From positions 55,163-119,162 of the forward strand of contig JAHLWZ010000812.1 of the NCBI GenBank assembly GCA_020536535.1: a stretch of 64,000 bases of DNA, read 5' to 3'. The notes under the pieces are model-generated. The model was given only the letters and a program-made list of their open reading frames with translations. It did not search any database and was not told the origin of the DNA. The DNA comes from Pelomyxa schiedti. Taxonomy: Eukaryota > Protista > Evosea. Below are positions 16,343-30,500 of the stretch, piece by piece; position 1 is the stretch's first letter, and the number at the start of each line of letters is the position of its first letter. The position numbers were made by a program, and so were the translations under genes.

Positions 16343-19300
16343 ATGATGGCAACACGGCACAAGAAGGAGAGCGTAAAACTGAGATTCAAAGTGACGCTCG
16401 TGTCGGCCACGAATCTACCAGAGGGAACGCAGGCGTGTTTGTCGTGGAAGCGCGGAGGAAAGGGCGAAAATGCGGGAGTTACGAAGACCGTTCCCGCGGG
16501 GAAAAACGGAATCGCGGAGTGGAACCACAGCGTAATCATTCTGAGCACACTATTTAAGAATGCAACAGGATACGAGGAGAAGTACATGACGATATCGATC
16601 TGCGAAGTTTGTTCTAGCTTGGTCTTGTTGTGTTTTTGCACTGCCATCACTCTGCATTGCACGCAACGCCATTGGGTCGTTACTTTGTATTTCATGTGAC
16701 ACAGTTCAAAATCCTGGGCCCAACTAGCACTTAGGATAAAGGAAGAAGGAAATCTACAATGGGGAAGACCAAAATCAACTTGGCGGAATATGGTAATCTT
16801 GCAGGAAGCTCCGAATCGAGAATTTTGCAAGTTCCAAAAAAATTGTCACGGCACACAACATACACTCTTAATGTGCCTTTTCCTTTCTATCCACTTTTCT
16901 TTTAATTACTCTGCAGATAAAAATCGTATCAGAGAGTCTTGGAATAGCGGGGTATTTTTTATGCAATAAGCCATCCATGTAATAACATAAGAAATATCAC
17001 CAAGGGATGACGAGCAAACTGATGTACACTGTGTGGATGACCCTCCAAGCGACGATGAGGGGAAGTCCATCGATTTTGCACAATATGATGATAATAATCC
17101 GACACCTTCACCAGAAACTACCACAACTTCCAGTGCTAGTGCCACTGCCTTTGGAGACCCTAATGGGAGTCAAGGAAGTACTGGCAGTAGTTCTATTACT
17201 GCCACAAATTCTATTACTGCTAGTGGTTCTATTCACTCCTCAGCCAATACACCATCAATATCAACCGCTTCAGCTCCTTCTGCCCTAGCCATGCATTTAG
17301 CTTCAAGTACCACTTCAACTGACAGTAGTTCAGGTCTCATAGCTTGAGAAAAATTTTATTTGTTCACTTCATTTCATAATTACAGACCAAACCGTTGTTA
17401 AAGAATTACGTGCTCTCGTCTTATCCCTGACTTCTGAGAGAGACGAGTTGAAAGAACAACTAAGTAAATCCAAGAGTATGAAACACTCTATGCGGAACGA
17501 AACTAAATAGTACTCCTTTCTCTTTTTAAAATGCGTTATACATACCATTTTATGCTCTGACAAATGCGGTACTACGAATTGCCTAGTAAGCAGGAATTAG
17601 CGGAAAAGAAAAAAGAGGTCAGCAGTCTACAAGAACAACTGGATTTGGTTACTAAGGATAGAGATAAACTTATTAAGGCACAATCTGCTTTAATGCTTGA
17701 AATCCAAGGTTTTTTTTCTTTCCCATTCTTCTTTTCCTCTTTTTTCTTTTCACTCAAGAATAGAGAGGTCCGGAGATGTACAAATACTGTCGAAGATGCG
17801 CAATCAAATGGAGGAAGCCGCAAAAGATAGAGAAATTTTGCAAGACAAATTAAGGAAAGCAGCAGCTAAGAAAACGGTCATAATCATCCCTCAAGCTTTT
17901 CTGGACAAATACCTTATTACAAACTACAGACCAATAAAGAAGTACTTGTGTCTGTTGAGCAACAACTGGCACAAAAAGAGCAGGAAATAGAAGAACTAAA
18001 AAAAAGGCATGAAGTAGAACTGACAAGGGCAAGTGCTGAGGTTAAGGCTGCCCAAGCTAAGGAAGAGATTCTACGAAGGCAAGCACAATCTTCAGAAGAA
18101 ATGCAATCTTTACGAGAAAAGATTGTGCAACTAGAAGCTCAAGTGAAAGACCTAGAAGTAAAAAACCAAGAAAGTGAAGAATGTGTGCAATCTCTGGTTA
18201 GACAACGAGAAGAATTGAAAAAGCAGAGAGAGGAGTTGAAACAACAACTGAAACTTCCTTCTGCCATAAATGTGTCTCCCAGTACAGGTTCTCCGTCTGC
18301 ATCACAAAGTGAATCTGCTCTAGTAAGAATGGCTGAGCAGGAGCTGGCAGAGGCTAAATCTGAAATAGAAAGGTTAACAAAGAAGCTTGCTGAAGCCAGA
18401 GTCAATATTGACGAGAAATCCAAATCATTTCAGGCTGACTTGAAAAAACTCAGGGAGGAGAATGACAACCTTCGTAAAGCACGAGTGCAGTCTGCTGCAA
18501 CCCCGATGACTACGGTTTTGGAGGCTGAAGTTAAGAAACTGCGGGATGAAAATGAGTCACTTAAAAGGACCAAATCACCAGGTGTTGCAGCAAGTCCTCT
18601 GCGCAGCTCCAATACTGTAAAAAAAGTGTGCACTCCCTTACTTAATTGGGTGCTGCTGATTCTTGTTAGCCAGTAAGCCCCAAGTTGAGTGAAAGTGATA
18701 GCAATTCTGTTTCTAATGTATGCCTTCACACTTCTTCAATCCTCCTTTAGACATACCTAAAGGAGGTCCTACAATGGCAACTTCAAGTGTCTGATATGAT
18801 TTATCGCGTATTTTACAACGTTGACAATCCAAATTTCGGTGCCTCCAATGTTCCTCTTTGTGCCGTTTCGGTTTTAGATAAGTTGCTGGACAGGGATTGC
18901 TATGAAACTCCTGACGAGTACGACCCCCTTTTTACATTTTAGACTCAAATTCACAGATACTTCTTTCGGGCAATCTCTGCTGCTGTGGAGACCACTAATC
19001 GAGTTTGTCACAATTCTTCCTTGACATACTGACATATCTTATAGGTTCACAGCACTAATAAAGTTATGTCTCTTTACTGGCTTACCAACACTTGGCATCT
19101 TGTTCAAGGAGTACATGATAAACTGACTGGCGACCAACAGTAACTTTCTCATTAGAAAGAGAGGCTAATAATATCACACCAGGACAATTCCGGAAGTGGA
19201 AAAACTCTTCATATTACAATCTGCAGATTGCGAACCTGAGGAGCCACGTGTTAAATTCCTCTACCACTTGCAGCATTCTCTGTTCGCACAGTACATTCAA

Positions 19301-20146
19301 GCACTACAGAAAATTCAGAAGGTATCTCTCCACAAAATTTACTTCCCGTGACAACGACTAACTTTCATTCAAGGCGTTGCAACCTCTGGTAATCCACAGC
19401 TTCCTTGAATCGGAGACAGCAGTTCTCGGGAAACTATCCCCATCACCCTTGTGTGTTTGTCACCAAGAAGCCATTGTCTGACATCTATTAGGAGACGCCT
19501 CAAGTCCGAAGTAGAAACAATTACGGGAATTTTATCCGAATTTCTAGAAAGTGCCATTGCCGCTAGAGTTCCAGATTCCGTTTGCCTACAATTCTTTTGC
19601 CAAGTCTTGTTTTGGATAAACACTCTTGTTTTTAATCATCTTGTATCCCACCCTGATATTTGTATGCCAGCCCAAGTTTTAATTCTTTGTAATCCCCATA
19701 GGCACCTGCAGCACTGGTTTCCAGTTGAGGCTAAGTCTGTGTCGTTTAGACGACTTTGTTTCTTCACATGGATCAATTAGGAAGTCTAGGTATCTCTGCC
19801 CAATGAATGCATTCCAACAAACCTTTTCACAGAGTTTTCCTCAACCATTGCGTGCAAGCAGCCAACTTGCTGGTGATAGACAAAAGTGTTGTTCTTGATC
19901 CAGCCGTCAGAGGCACTATTCTTAGTGCTCTAAGCCTGCCACAGGTGGCTGCCTTGGTTCTAGCATTCAAAGCTGATAGGTTAGTAGAAGCTCATTCCCA
20001 CTACCTAAATGTGTTTATGTGCTTGTAGCAATTTCCCTGGGACTGTTGTGACTGAGGATGTCATTGCGGAAATGAAAAAGGCACAAGCTGCCGCTACAGA
20101 AAGCATCTTGTTGGATGCTGCAGAATTTATTGTACCCCAATTCTAG
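16343..20146 (+). CDS. NT-C2 (EEIG1/EHBP1-type) + coiled-coil + Dilute (DIL)-like domain protein
   Basis: N-terminal FKVTLVSATNLP...SWKRG...AEWN...GKTKINLAEY; long heptad E/K/Q-rich region; C-terminal YWLTNT, QFFCQVLFWINTLVFNHL, TGFQLRLSLCRLDDF, QAANLL, LSLPQVAALV. Confidence 0.85.
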
Positions 20147-20306
20147 TACAACACAATAGCAAACTTTGTAGAAACCCTACCCTTTTCGTAAACACCCACG
20201 AAGTTCCAATAAAAAGAAAAGGACAATAGGGGTTTATTTTATAGGTACATGCATGCTACCTTGCAAAAATGATTATAAAAATCGATGTACAAATTACAGC
20301 TTGTGC

Positions 20307-21629
20307 CTATCCGCGCCATTGCACTCCTCGGAAGAATTGCTTGGCCCACTCTTTCTGCTGCTCAGTCAGTGTTGCAGGCCATAGAACTCTGAATTTCAGG
20401 TAGAGGTTTCCCTTAAACCCAGGCCTTTTGGTGATAGGCATTCCTTCACCCGGGACAACTTTGGTTGTCTCGGGGGTGATGACCTCATTGATAGGAAGAG
20501 TGACCACGTGGCCATCCAAGTGTGGGATGGTTACAACAAGTCCAGTGAGTGCATCAGCAAGGGTAATTGGAAGTGTGCAGTACAAGTCATCTCCTTCGCG
20601 TGTGAACATGTCGTGTGGTTTTTGTTTCAGCACGAAAACGATGTCCGCAGGAACGCTCCCAGGAACCTCGTCACCCTCACGCTCAAATGTCACCTTAGTA
20701 CCCTCTTTCCAGCCTGGTTTCACGTCAATTGTAAGAACCTTACTTGACTGGGACATATTCCCAGAGTTGTCCTGAGAACAGTAAGACAAACCATCTACTC
20801 AATTTAGTAATTCTCGTACCGTTATTGTCTTGGTCACTTTCAGTCTTTTGACGGCTCCTTTATACAACTCATCGAGTGAACAATGGAACTCGCGGTAAAT
20901 CTAGAAATGTTAGAAAGGACAGTGCAGAGGAAGTGAAACATACAGGCTCAGGGATGCGTGATCTGGGCTTAGTATGGCTGGGGAACGACTGTGAGAACAA
21001 CTGAGGACCTTCGTCATCATCACCACCAAAGTCCATTCCCATATTCATGCCCATACTACCAAGCCCCGACGACCCAAAGAACTCCTTGAATATCTGAGAA
21101 GAGGAGGGTTAAATGTCATTTACGCAACAAGGTGCATAAGGGTTGAAAAACACACCTCAAAAGGGTCCCTCTGTCCGCCGAATCCACCGAACCCGCCGGG
21201 TCTGCCGTTACTAGAGAACATGAATGAGGCTCCACCGGGCATTGCACCAAATCCAGGGAATGCACCACCAGCACCAGCCATGTTGGGATCAATGCCCCCC
21301 TTTAGTCCTTCCTCCCCAACTTGATCGTAAATTTGACGCTTTCGTGCGTCAGAAAGAACTTCGTAGGCTTCCCCAATCTAACCATAACGAGTGAGCACTT
21401 TTGTTGCCAGAAATTACAAAGGGGAAAAAATGCACCTCTTTGAATTTGTCTGTAGCTGCTTTTACATTGTTCGGATTTCTATCAGGGTGCCACTGACAAC
21501 GCGTTCAGCAAAAAATTAAAAAAGGAGAGTGCGAGTTACCTTGAGTGCCAATTTGCGGTACGCCTTTTTTATGTCGTTGTCGGATGCGTTTTTAGGAATA
21601 CCAAGGACGGAGTAATAATCCTTCCCCAT
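20307..21629 (-). CDS. DNAJB: Class B (Sis1/DNAJB1/4-like) J-domain co-chaperone
   Basis: [10 protein letters not shown]...[17 protein letters not shown]-rich linker, C-terminal [13 protein letters not shown]...GEGMP...GNLYLKF; no zinc finger. Confidence 0.95.
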
Positions 21630-21994
21630 GAGATCTGCGTTTTACCAAGCGTGCTGCTGTGTAGCGTGTTTGTTTTTATTGTTTTTGTTTTGATTTGCTT
21701 TCATCAGCAAGTTGGGGAGTGACACATTAATAACCGCCGGGTATTTTTTTGACGGTACCATCTCGGTGGGATTTTACGAGAATCCTGATGAAATGCACAC
21801 GGGATTCCAGAGGTAAATCACCAAAAACTCCGTCTGATCCCTGTCAGTTTTCTCACGTCGTCCATTCGAAGTATCACTCACCAATCACGCAGAAACCCAG
21901 ACACTCCAACAAAAAACGGGCAACACAAGGCCCCTGATTACCAACAGTTTAAAAAAAAAAAAAAGAAAATAAAGTGACAAGTTGTTGGTCGAGA

Positions 21995-22772
21995 ATGTGG
22001 GAGGGTAAAGACGTGTTGACGGATCCGTTCCTCATCGACCCCTTCTTTCAAGAGCTTGTAGATGAGCACGTCAGTACTTGCTGAGCTGTGACTTTCTTTA
22101 CTTTTGTTTGTCTCTGTTTTTCTCATTCGACTTTTTTTTTTCCCTCGTTAGAATCGCTTCTTGCTGTGCGTCGAGGAGATCTTCGACGATATGCCTGGGC
22201 TGGTGACTCCCTCGAAGTACTTTGTTCAAGATCCCGACGAGTACTCTTCTAGTTAAGTTAATATAGTATTAATAAGTAGTCAATCACACAATGCCAAAAT
22301 ACTCACTAACAACCAACGCTCACACAAATCCACAGAACCCAGTTCACAAACCCCTAAAAAGTCCCCTCGGTTCCATGAAGTTCCCGCACAGCCTCGCAAC
22401 CCAAATTCCATCTCCATTCCCATAACTTCGCCCCAAAAGGCCTCGCAGCCGGCTCAACAAAGTGGTTCTTCCTCCTCAGCAACTAGCACTAGCACTACCA
22501 CTGAAGCGACTGCCACTACAACAACCTCAACTTCCTCTTCTGCCTCTGAGGGTTGCTCCGAATCCACATCCCAGACCTCTGCTATGCCCGCCAGTGATGA
22601 TACCGCCATCAAAACAGCAGAAGAGGACGAGGAAGCTGAAGAGACCGAACTTGCACAACAGCTTGCTGAAGTCAGTTCCGTGGTTGTAAAGGAAATTCCT
22701 GACGAACAACTATCAGCAACCACAGCCACAGCCACTTCAACCTCCACGTACCGTGTCACTGAGGATGATTGA
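21995..22772 (+). CDS. Hypothetical acidic, Ser/Thr-rich protein, 3 exons
   Basis: ATG at 21995 (MWEGKDVLTDPFLIDPFF). GT-AG introns join it in frame to a low-complexity exon ending VTEDD*. Confidence 0.6.
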
Positions 22773-22940
22773 TTTCAATCTAAGATTATTAGCCTTGGTG
22801 TGTGTACCTTTTGTTTGAAAGCAAAGCCACTAAGTAAACTGTTAAGAATAGGGAACATTTAAAAAAAAGTTTCAATATACAATTTGGTTTTCTTTTCTCC
22901 AACCCAACAAACTGTTTTCTTTTGTATGTGAGTGTGGTGC

Positions 22941-24119
22941 CTATGAGTTTGTTATGGCAATGATGTCATTTATGACCTTCTCAAGGTCATTATTGTGGGT
23001 GCGTAAGAGCTGTAGATTGAGTTGCTTGTTTACATAGCCGATTGATTCAAGGTGTGTGAGCAGAGCTTCCTCTTCCGAAGTTGCAGCTGGGGCGCTGTTG
23101 AAAATAACTTCCTTCTCGGGGGGGATGTTGGTGCAAACATTAGCATTATCAGCTGTTAGATTGCAACTGGCTCCGCACATCCCACCAAAGCAATTGCCTG
23201 TCTGAGGGGTGGTACGAGGCATGCCAAACATCATCTGCATAAAGCCTGGTGACATCCTGTACACACAAAGTTAGAAACAAAAGGGGAAGGGAAGATAATT
23301 ACCAGTCGCTGGAGCAAGGCGGGCGTGAAGAGACGAACCCAGTTCCCCCGAATAACCCAGATCCCCCAGTGGCCCCAGACGGTACCATTGATCCAAGAGC
23401 CAAGTTTCTTTGGATCTTTTCTAGCAGCACTGGTATCATTGGCTTGAAGTACGGCGTATTCACAAACATTTTGATCATTGGGCCCATGGCTGCTGGCTCA
23501 ACGCCACTGCACATAGGCATGCCTAGTAGAGGGCATGCACTTGCTACTTGTTGAAGTAACTGACACAGTTCGTCAACAAGGTGGTCTGGGATAGGACCAG
23601 GGCACGCGCCTGTTGGGTTTGTTTTGTTAAAAAGAAAAGAGTGGCATTAAGAAAGGCATACTCATTGCAACGAGAATAGTTGTAATTCTTTGCAGCACAA
23701 TAGAATCCGATGGCGACGGGATTGGAAGAGTTACAGGGGTAGCCGGAGTCGGCTGTGCTGTAGTTGGTGCTGCAAACAAAGAGTGAGAACTGACTCGGTT
23801 GCATCTCGAAAAAAACAAGAAAACAAAAGGTGCATTGCATACCAGAAGGAGCCGTTTTTGGGGCAGAGTCCTCCACGATGAGCCTCAGTAGAGTACCTCC
23901 AGATGACTTGAGGAGAACGACGGCTGTGTCCAGCTCTTCCTGGGACGAAAGCCTGACTACATCGCCCTCGTCGTCAGTGTACTTGATCACGAGATCTCCC
24001 ACTGCACTCGGTAGCAATGCCTTTATGGCGGCACAGAGTGACCCAAACGTGGCTGGTTCTGCTATGCTTGTGCGTCGGATCTCGTCTTTGTATTGAACCT
24101 TGATTTGCAGGCCGGCCAT
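22941..24119 (-). CDS. PB1 + UBA domain protein (p62/NBR1-like candidate)
   Basis: PB1 domain with basic Lys (IKVQY..EIRR) and acidic OPCA motif (IKYTDDEGDVVRLSSQEEL); C-terminal UBA LTHLESIGYVNKQLNLQLLRTHNNDLEKVINDII. Confidence 0.88.
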
Positions 24120-24581
24120 GGCTCAGGGGTTTTTTGTTGTTTTGTTTTGTTTTGTTTTTCTTGTGGCTGCGTCGATTGAATGTCGTTTGTTTTCTTGTTT
24201 TTATGATGTTTTTTCTTGAGTTGGTTGGCCGTTTATATTTGATGTACCGGATCATTATGATGGCGGAAAGAGTGATCTTCTGGCCAATTGGATTTGGGCC
24301 GGTAAAAATTACCTAACACCAACCGAGTCAACCAGAGATTGGTTGTGTGATTGAGTGTGAGATCTGGTCTCCATTAACTCCAGAGTCGTTCGTTGAGAGG
24401 CTTCGGTTAAATGGCGTTAATGTGTGGCGGAATATCAACACTATTCCATGTTTCAAAGTGACTTCAGCGGTAAAGTTGCTCCGTTGGGGGTTACGGGAGT
24501 TGAGAGAAATCCAGGATTTAAACTAACCCGAAAGCAAACAAAGAACACAAAAAAAAAAAAAAAGCGTCGGTTCGGTCAACG

Positions 24582-27500
24582 ATGTCGTTTGAGCCGGCAA
24601 CCCCGAGAAGGGACGCAGTACCCAATTTGCACGACGGCGAACTATACATCTACCAGCCAGATGCGTCCTCCTCGGCCTCAGTCTCAGTCTCAGCTACACC
24701 CACAACTGCTACGGCTCAGGCTCAGGCTCAGCCGCAATACGTGTCTCAGGACCCGCAGTGGCGAGTAATCTGGGGGTTCGTGATGGGGCCTCCCATAAGT
24801 CAGTTGCTGCTGTTCCACAGCTTCAACGTGGAGACGCCGCCGTTCGCCGCGTTCCCCCTCGCCACCACGAAATTTGCCCCTTCAACCGACGTCGGTGTCA
24901 ATTACGGCGCTTTCGTGGTCGTTGAGCCCACAGGTCGTACCACCGTTCTGGCTCCTCGTCCCCAGGTTCTTTCTTTTCTTTTCTTTCTCCTTCTTCTTTT
25001 CTCCCTCTTTCCCTTCTCTGTCCCCCCCCTTTTAGGTTTTCTGTTTTCTTTTCTTTTTTTTTCCAAATTGTAATTATTGCCATCAGTTTCAACAGAGTTC
25101 TAGCCACCACCATCACCACCACCACACAGCAGAAACTAATACGGCGACTACCACTTGGCTGAACTTTCTTGCTCCTGCAACACCTGTACCATCAGCTGTG
25201 ACTCCGGTATAGGGAAAAAAAAATTAGCGAGTTCACTCTTAATGAGATGGCAGGGTGCCTCTGACCAGAGACATGAACAAAATACTGTCATCGATGTTCA
25301 GCTTTGTGCCCGTAAACTTCCAAAGATGGACTCTGGCCCCCTTGCCAAAAGTGGTATGCTGTGTTTCCTCCTCTGATCCCTGTTAAAATGTGTTAGACCC
25401 CTTCTTTGTCCTAATGAATGATGACACAAAGCAAATTATTCATCAATCCGAGGTCATAAAAAGTACTTTAGACCCTGACTGGGTGACTTTCCGCCTGTGG
25501 CTCCATCATGCTGGAGGTGCTGGCGGAATTCTTCGTATTGATCTATTTGATGTGTGTCTCCCTTTTATAAATGTTTATCTCTGATTTGGCGCAAGTGGGA
25601 CAAGGATGGTACACATGACTTCATGGGTTACGCCACTTTTGAGGTTCAGTTCGTCTCTAGACAAGCCATATCTTATTTATACAGGTACGGAGTTTGCTCG
25701 ATTCTAGTAAGACTATTGCTTTGAAGTCCAAGCACACAAAACACGCAATCATAAAAGTAGTGAGTGCCAAACCAAGCCGAGTCCCTGTTCCTCCTGAGCC
25801 TATTGCATACACGTATGCTTGGATAGGCCGCTTTCTTTACTAATCTGCATGATGGAGACAGTTTCCGATTTGCCGCCACTAATTTGGACAAGAAAGATGG
25901 CCCCCTCGGGAAATCAGACCCCTTTTTCACTATTTCTGTTCAGTCATACACGGTTTTTACAAGTGAAGTAGTTCCAAAGAATTTGGACCCAACTTGGCAT
26001 GACTTTGTTCTTGATTTACGTGAACTTCCTGGTTGCACTGGTACGCTACATCCAACGATAAAAATAGTAAGCCTTGTTTGCATAGGCTGGAACACCGAGG
26101 TTACAATCACTGTGTATGATTATGACAACAATGGGGACAACCAAGAGATTGGCCATTTCTCAACTCCACTTTCCATGTTACTGTTCCCTGGGTTCCCCTT
26201 TCCTCTTATAAACTCCAGTAAGAAGTACGCCTTGAAGACCAACATCCTTCAGCATTTTAAAAAACCTGTAGAAGTAAACCAGGGTATAACAACTCCGGCT
26301 ATTTCATGTCCGCCTCTGCCCAGCCAGCACCCCCACAAGATGCTATGTTTGTTGCTGACCCTGTTTCCTACTTATTCAAGTGGAGTGCAAAATGTCCCTC
26401 ACTTCTAAAAAGACCAGGTAGCCCTAGTAAAAGATTCTGTGGTGCTTACAATGACAAGACCCTTTTCTTGTTGTTTCCACTCGAAATGCTACTATTTATC
26501 GCTCTCCAACCATAAGAAACACCACTGCACCGTCTTGGTCTGCTTTTCAGCTTATGGCTGGATTTTGGAATTACTGCCCTAGAGAGCCATTGACAGTACC
26601 AACTCACTCCATATACATTCTCTCAAAGTTTAACACCAGTTTGATGTATATGACTGGGACAGTAATGGGAGTCACTCTATCATTGGGACGGCAACTTTGG
26701 ATACATGGTCATTGCGGAGGTGCCCAAACAAGAACTTCCAAATAAAAGCAGGAAGTAAAATGTAATAACAACTTCCCCATTAAACTACTGATCTTTTGCG
26801 TAGCACTGGGACCCTTGTCTGTGAATCAATGACACCTCAGACCACCTACACACCACCCTATGACATTACAGCACGAGCCTTTACTATCAAGGCTGCAGGA
26901 GGAAGATTATCGATCCCTGGTTCTCTGGTACAGCACATGATTTACAATGTTTGTTTATATGTTTAGGAACGGGCTGACCCCTTTTTTGACATTCGAGTAG
27001 CAGGAAGGCTTATTTATAGATCTGAACATGCCCACAATAACAATAACCCGAGCTGGGAGGCATTCACTGTTAACATGACTCAGATAGGGGGATTTATGAT
27101 CCCAATGGAAATAGTATTAACAAAAAAGGAAAAACCAACCTAATACATTTAGTCTGTTTTGGATTGGGAAAGCAAAGGAAACCATAGATTGATTGGGCAA
27201 TATCGTACAACACTAAATGAACTTCTCGGCGGGCCATTCCAATACCCTCTTGTTGTGAAGTATGACATTTTAGCATACTTGCTACCTCTAAGTTCGCTCC
27301 AGATCCAGTCTTGGCCCCAGTGCACCCTCTTCTGTCATAAAATACAACATACCCAATTCAAATGGTGTCTTCAGTGTTGAAAGTATTCAGGTACTTCTTA
27401 CTCTTGTGCTGAAGCCAATCTAAAGGTTTCCTCCAGCCCGCCCCAGAAAAAACTCTCCTTGAATCAGCTTACGCATTGGAGCTGCACGTGAGCTGTGCAA

Positions 27501-30500
27501 ATCTTGTTAAAGCACTTGGGCTAGTGGGCTCTTGTGGTGTGTTCTTTCACCAATCTTGATTTCCAAGGCAACCTACTGCTAGATGCATTTTTTACTGTTA
27601 TGACCACCATTGATGGCACTGATGCAACCAGTTACGTTTGTTCTTCTTCTTTCCCAGTCTCATAAGCATTCAGTTTACAAATCAGAAGTTGTACCTACCA
27701 ATTTGAATCCTGGTCCGTAGAGTTTATTGTTTTCTCAATTTCTTGTCTTATTTCTCCAAGTTTTTAAGCCATTCAGAGTACCTCTTGACCGAGGTCTTGA
27801 TGGACCCATCAGGATTCACGTTTATGACTATAACAAAGATGGTATACCATTTGTTACTTTTTTTTTTTTTTTTTTGTCAACTACCATCTGATTATAGGTG
27901 ATCACGGCTATCTTGGGGAAGTATGTTGCACTCCACGAGAGTTTACCTTCAGTTGGTTCTCCACTGCAATAAAAAAAGGGGATTCATCCTCTGGAAGCTT
28001 TATAGTGAACAAGTTTGTTGTATTGGATGCAACTAAACGTGTCCCATTAGTTGTTCCTCCTGCTGTGAGGTTCTCTTTTTCTTTTTTTTTTCCTGGTATT
28101 TACTCCTTCTCTTTTTCAGGTTCCAGTGTTATGCCAATAAACTTCCTGTTATGGATGTGTCTACAATGTCTATTGATCCCTTCTTTTGTGTGAAAATACA
28201 CAATGCTACTGTTTATCGAAGTGAATACGTTCCTAAGGTATTTTCTAAAGTCATACCACCTTCAGTAAACATTTCTCGAGAACCAAGCGCCCAGATGGAA
28301 GGAATGTGTTATCCCTCTCTCCACATTGACAGGCCCCAATGACTACCTCGAAATTGGTACAATTCCTGGTGTCCATCCAATAAACTCAAAGTGAAAAAAA
28401 AAAGAGGTGTATGACTTCGATAAAGATGGCACACATGATTGCATTGGCAAAGTTCGTGCAAGTTGGGCTGACCTCCAGTGGAGTTGGTTTGAAGAGGGCA
28501 TCAAATCTGGCGCTACCATGTGCACCTACAACAAATTTATAATTTAGTTTTCACATCATTCAACAGAAATGGTGCTTTTGGGATAAAAGAAATCGTGCCC
28601 TGCGCCCTCCCTTCAGAGGCTTCCATTAAAAGTGTCACTATGACATGCAATATCACTAAACTCGAGAGAAGTGACAATCCACTTTTAAAAACTGGTTTTC
28701 TTTCCTTTTTTTTGCAATGACTTCTCTCACTTTTTTGTAGATGCCTTTTTTGTAGTATGGTTGGATGTGAAAGATACAACAACCAACCGAATTTCCAAAA
28801 TGAAAGGTTCTACTTGCTTACTTATGAGCTGTACTTAATCGGAATGTCTATCACAGTTTATAAATCGGAGGTTGTGAAGCAGAACTTAGCACCTCAGTTT
28901 GAACCGTTTACCATTCCTCTTGATTGTGGTCTGGACACACAGATTCAGTTCCAAGTTTTTGATTGGGTATCAGCTTTGCTTTCTCGAAAATTAAACCAAC
29001 ACAGTTCAGGATGCTGATGGGGCCCATGATACCCTTGGCGGTTTCACTCTTACAGCTCGGGACCTTACGTTTTCATGGTTTTCTTCTGCAATACACAAGT
29101 CAGATGGCGGAAGTGCTGGAGGCTTTAATATAAACAAGCTCACTCTACAGGATACCGTTGTAAAAATTCTTACTCCCGAGCTTCCTCCTGCAGTCAGGTA
29201 AAATAATGTTCTTTGGTGAGAGGTTTCTGTGGCGTCCTTACCGCACTTTAGAATGTGCATTTATGCCAATAAACTTCCTGTCATGGATCCAGGAACTTTA
29301 TCTGCTGACCCATTCTTTGTGATAAGGAAATTTGATCCTGCAGTTGGAGCTGAGATTACCCTTTATAGGTTTCGTCCGGCAAACAACAACAAAGACCTGG
29401 TTTCTCGTAAAACTATTTTAACGTAAGGCACAGATCTGAAGTTCACAAGCACACTCTGTCACCAAAGTGGGACACTTTCTGCCTTCCCCTGGCACTTTTC
29501 AAGGATTGCAATGACCCCATCGAAGTAAAGGTTTGCTTAAACCCAACAAAATATCAAGTTTGTAACCACATTTAAAGGTCTTTGATTGGGACAAAGGTTT
29601 TTTTTAAAAAGAAATCAAATTTATCCATCTCACTCCTGTTATGTAAGACGGAACACATGATCTCATTGGAACCCATAAGATTCTCTTCCGAGAACTCCAA
29701 TGGTCTTGGTATGAGGAAGGACTAACAAATGATGGTTCCAAGTAAATTTCTTTCTTCTTGCTGCAACCAAACCTTTAAACTCTCGCATCATCAGCCAAGG
29801 TTGCATTGGGGTCAAACATGTGGAACCAATTCCTCCCCTTGCTATTCCTCCTGTTCCTCCTGGGTTGCGGGTCTGGTGTAGCGCCGCTAAACTGGCTAGG
29901 ATGGATGGCCCGGCAGGCAGCTCTGACCCGTTCTTTGTGGTTTCAGCACGACCACCTGGTTTTCCTCATGATATCATTCTCTACAGGTAACACTATTCAC
30001 TCCATTTTTATGCCTAAATTCCCAAGATCTGAGGTAATTAAAAAATGCCTGACCCCAGTGTGGGATGCGTTTGATTTGAGTGTGGAGGCTATTGGTGGAA
30101 TTGATAAATTTTTCACGATTTCTGTTTATGATTTTGACTATGATGGAGGGCATGATGTGCTTACTTCCTTTCGTTTTTTTGCAGTCATAACAAAAGTTTA
30201 GGTAATTGGTGAACTGAAAACCACGCTCCGTGAGTTGGGGTTTGGTATGTTTTATGTAACTTGAATCAACAAGTAAACTCTTCAACAGGGCAATACCAGC
30301 AAGCTCTGTACTCTGGAAGCAGTTCCCGTGGATCATTTTCGTTCGATAGGGTAGAAGCAATCTCCCATGTCCCCCTTCCCTCCTGGGCACCAGCATACAA
30401 AGTTTTTGCTGCTGGTTACAAAATTGCCCGTCTAGATTATAGCGCCACTGGAGCTCAACCGTCTGGTATCGTACATGCAATTAGCCTTTCAATTAAGTTT

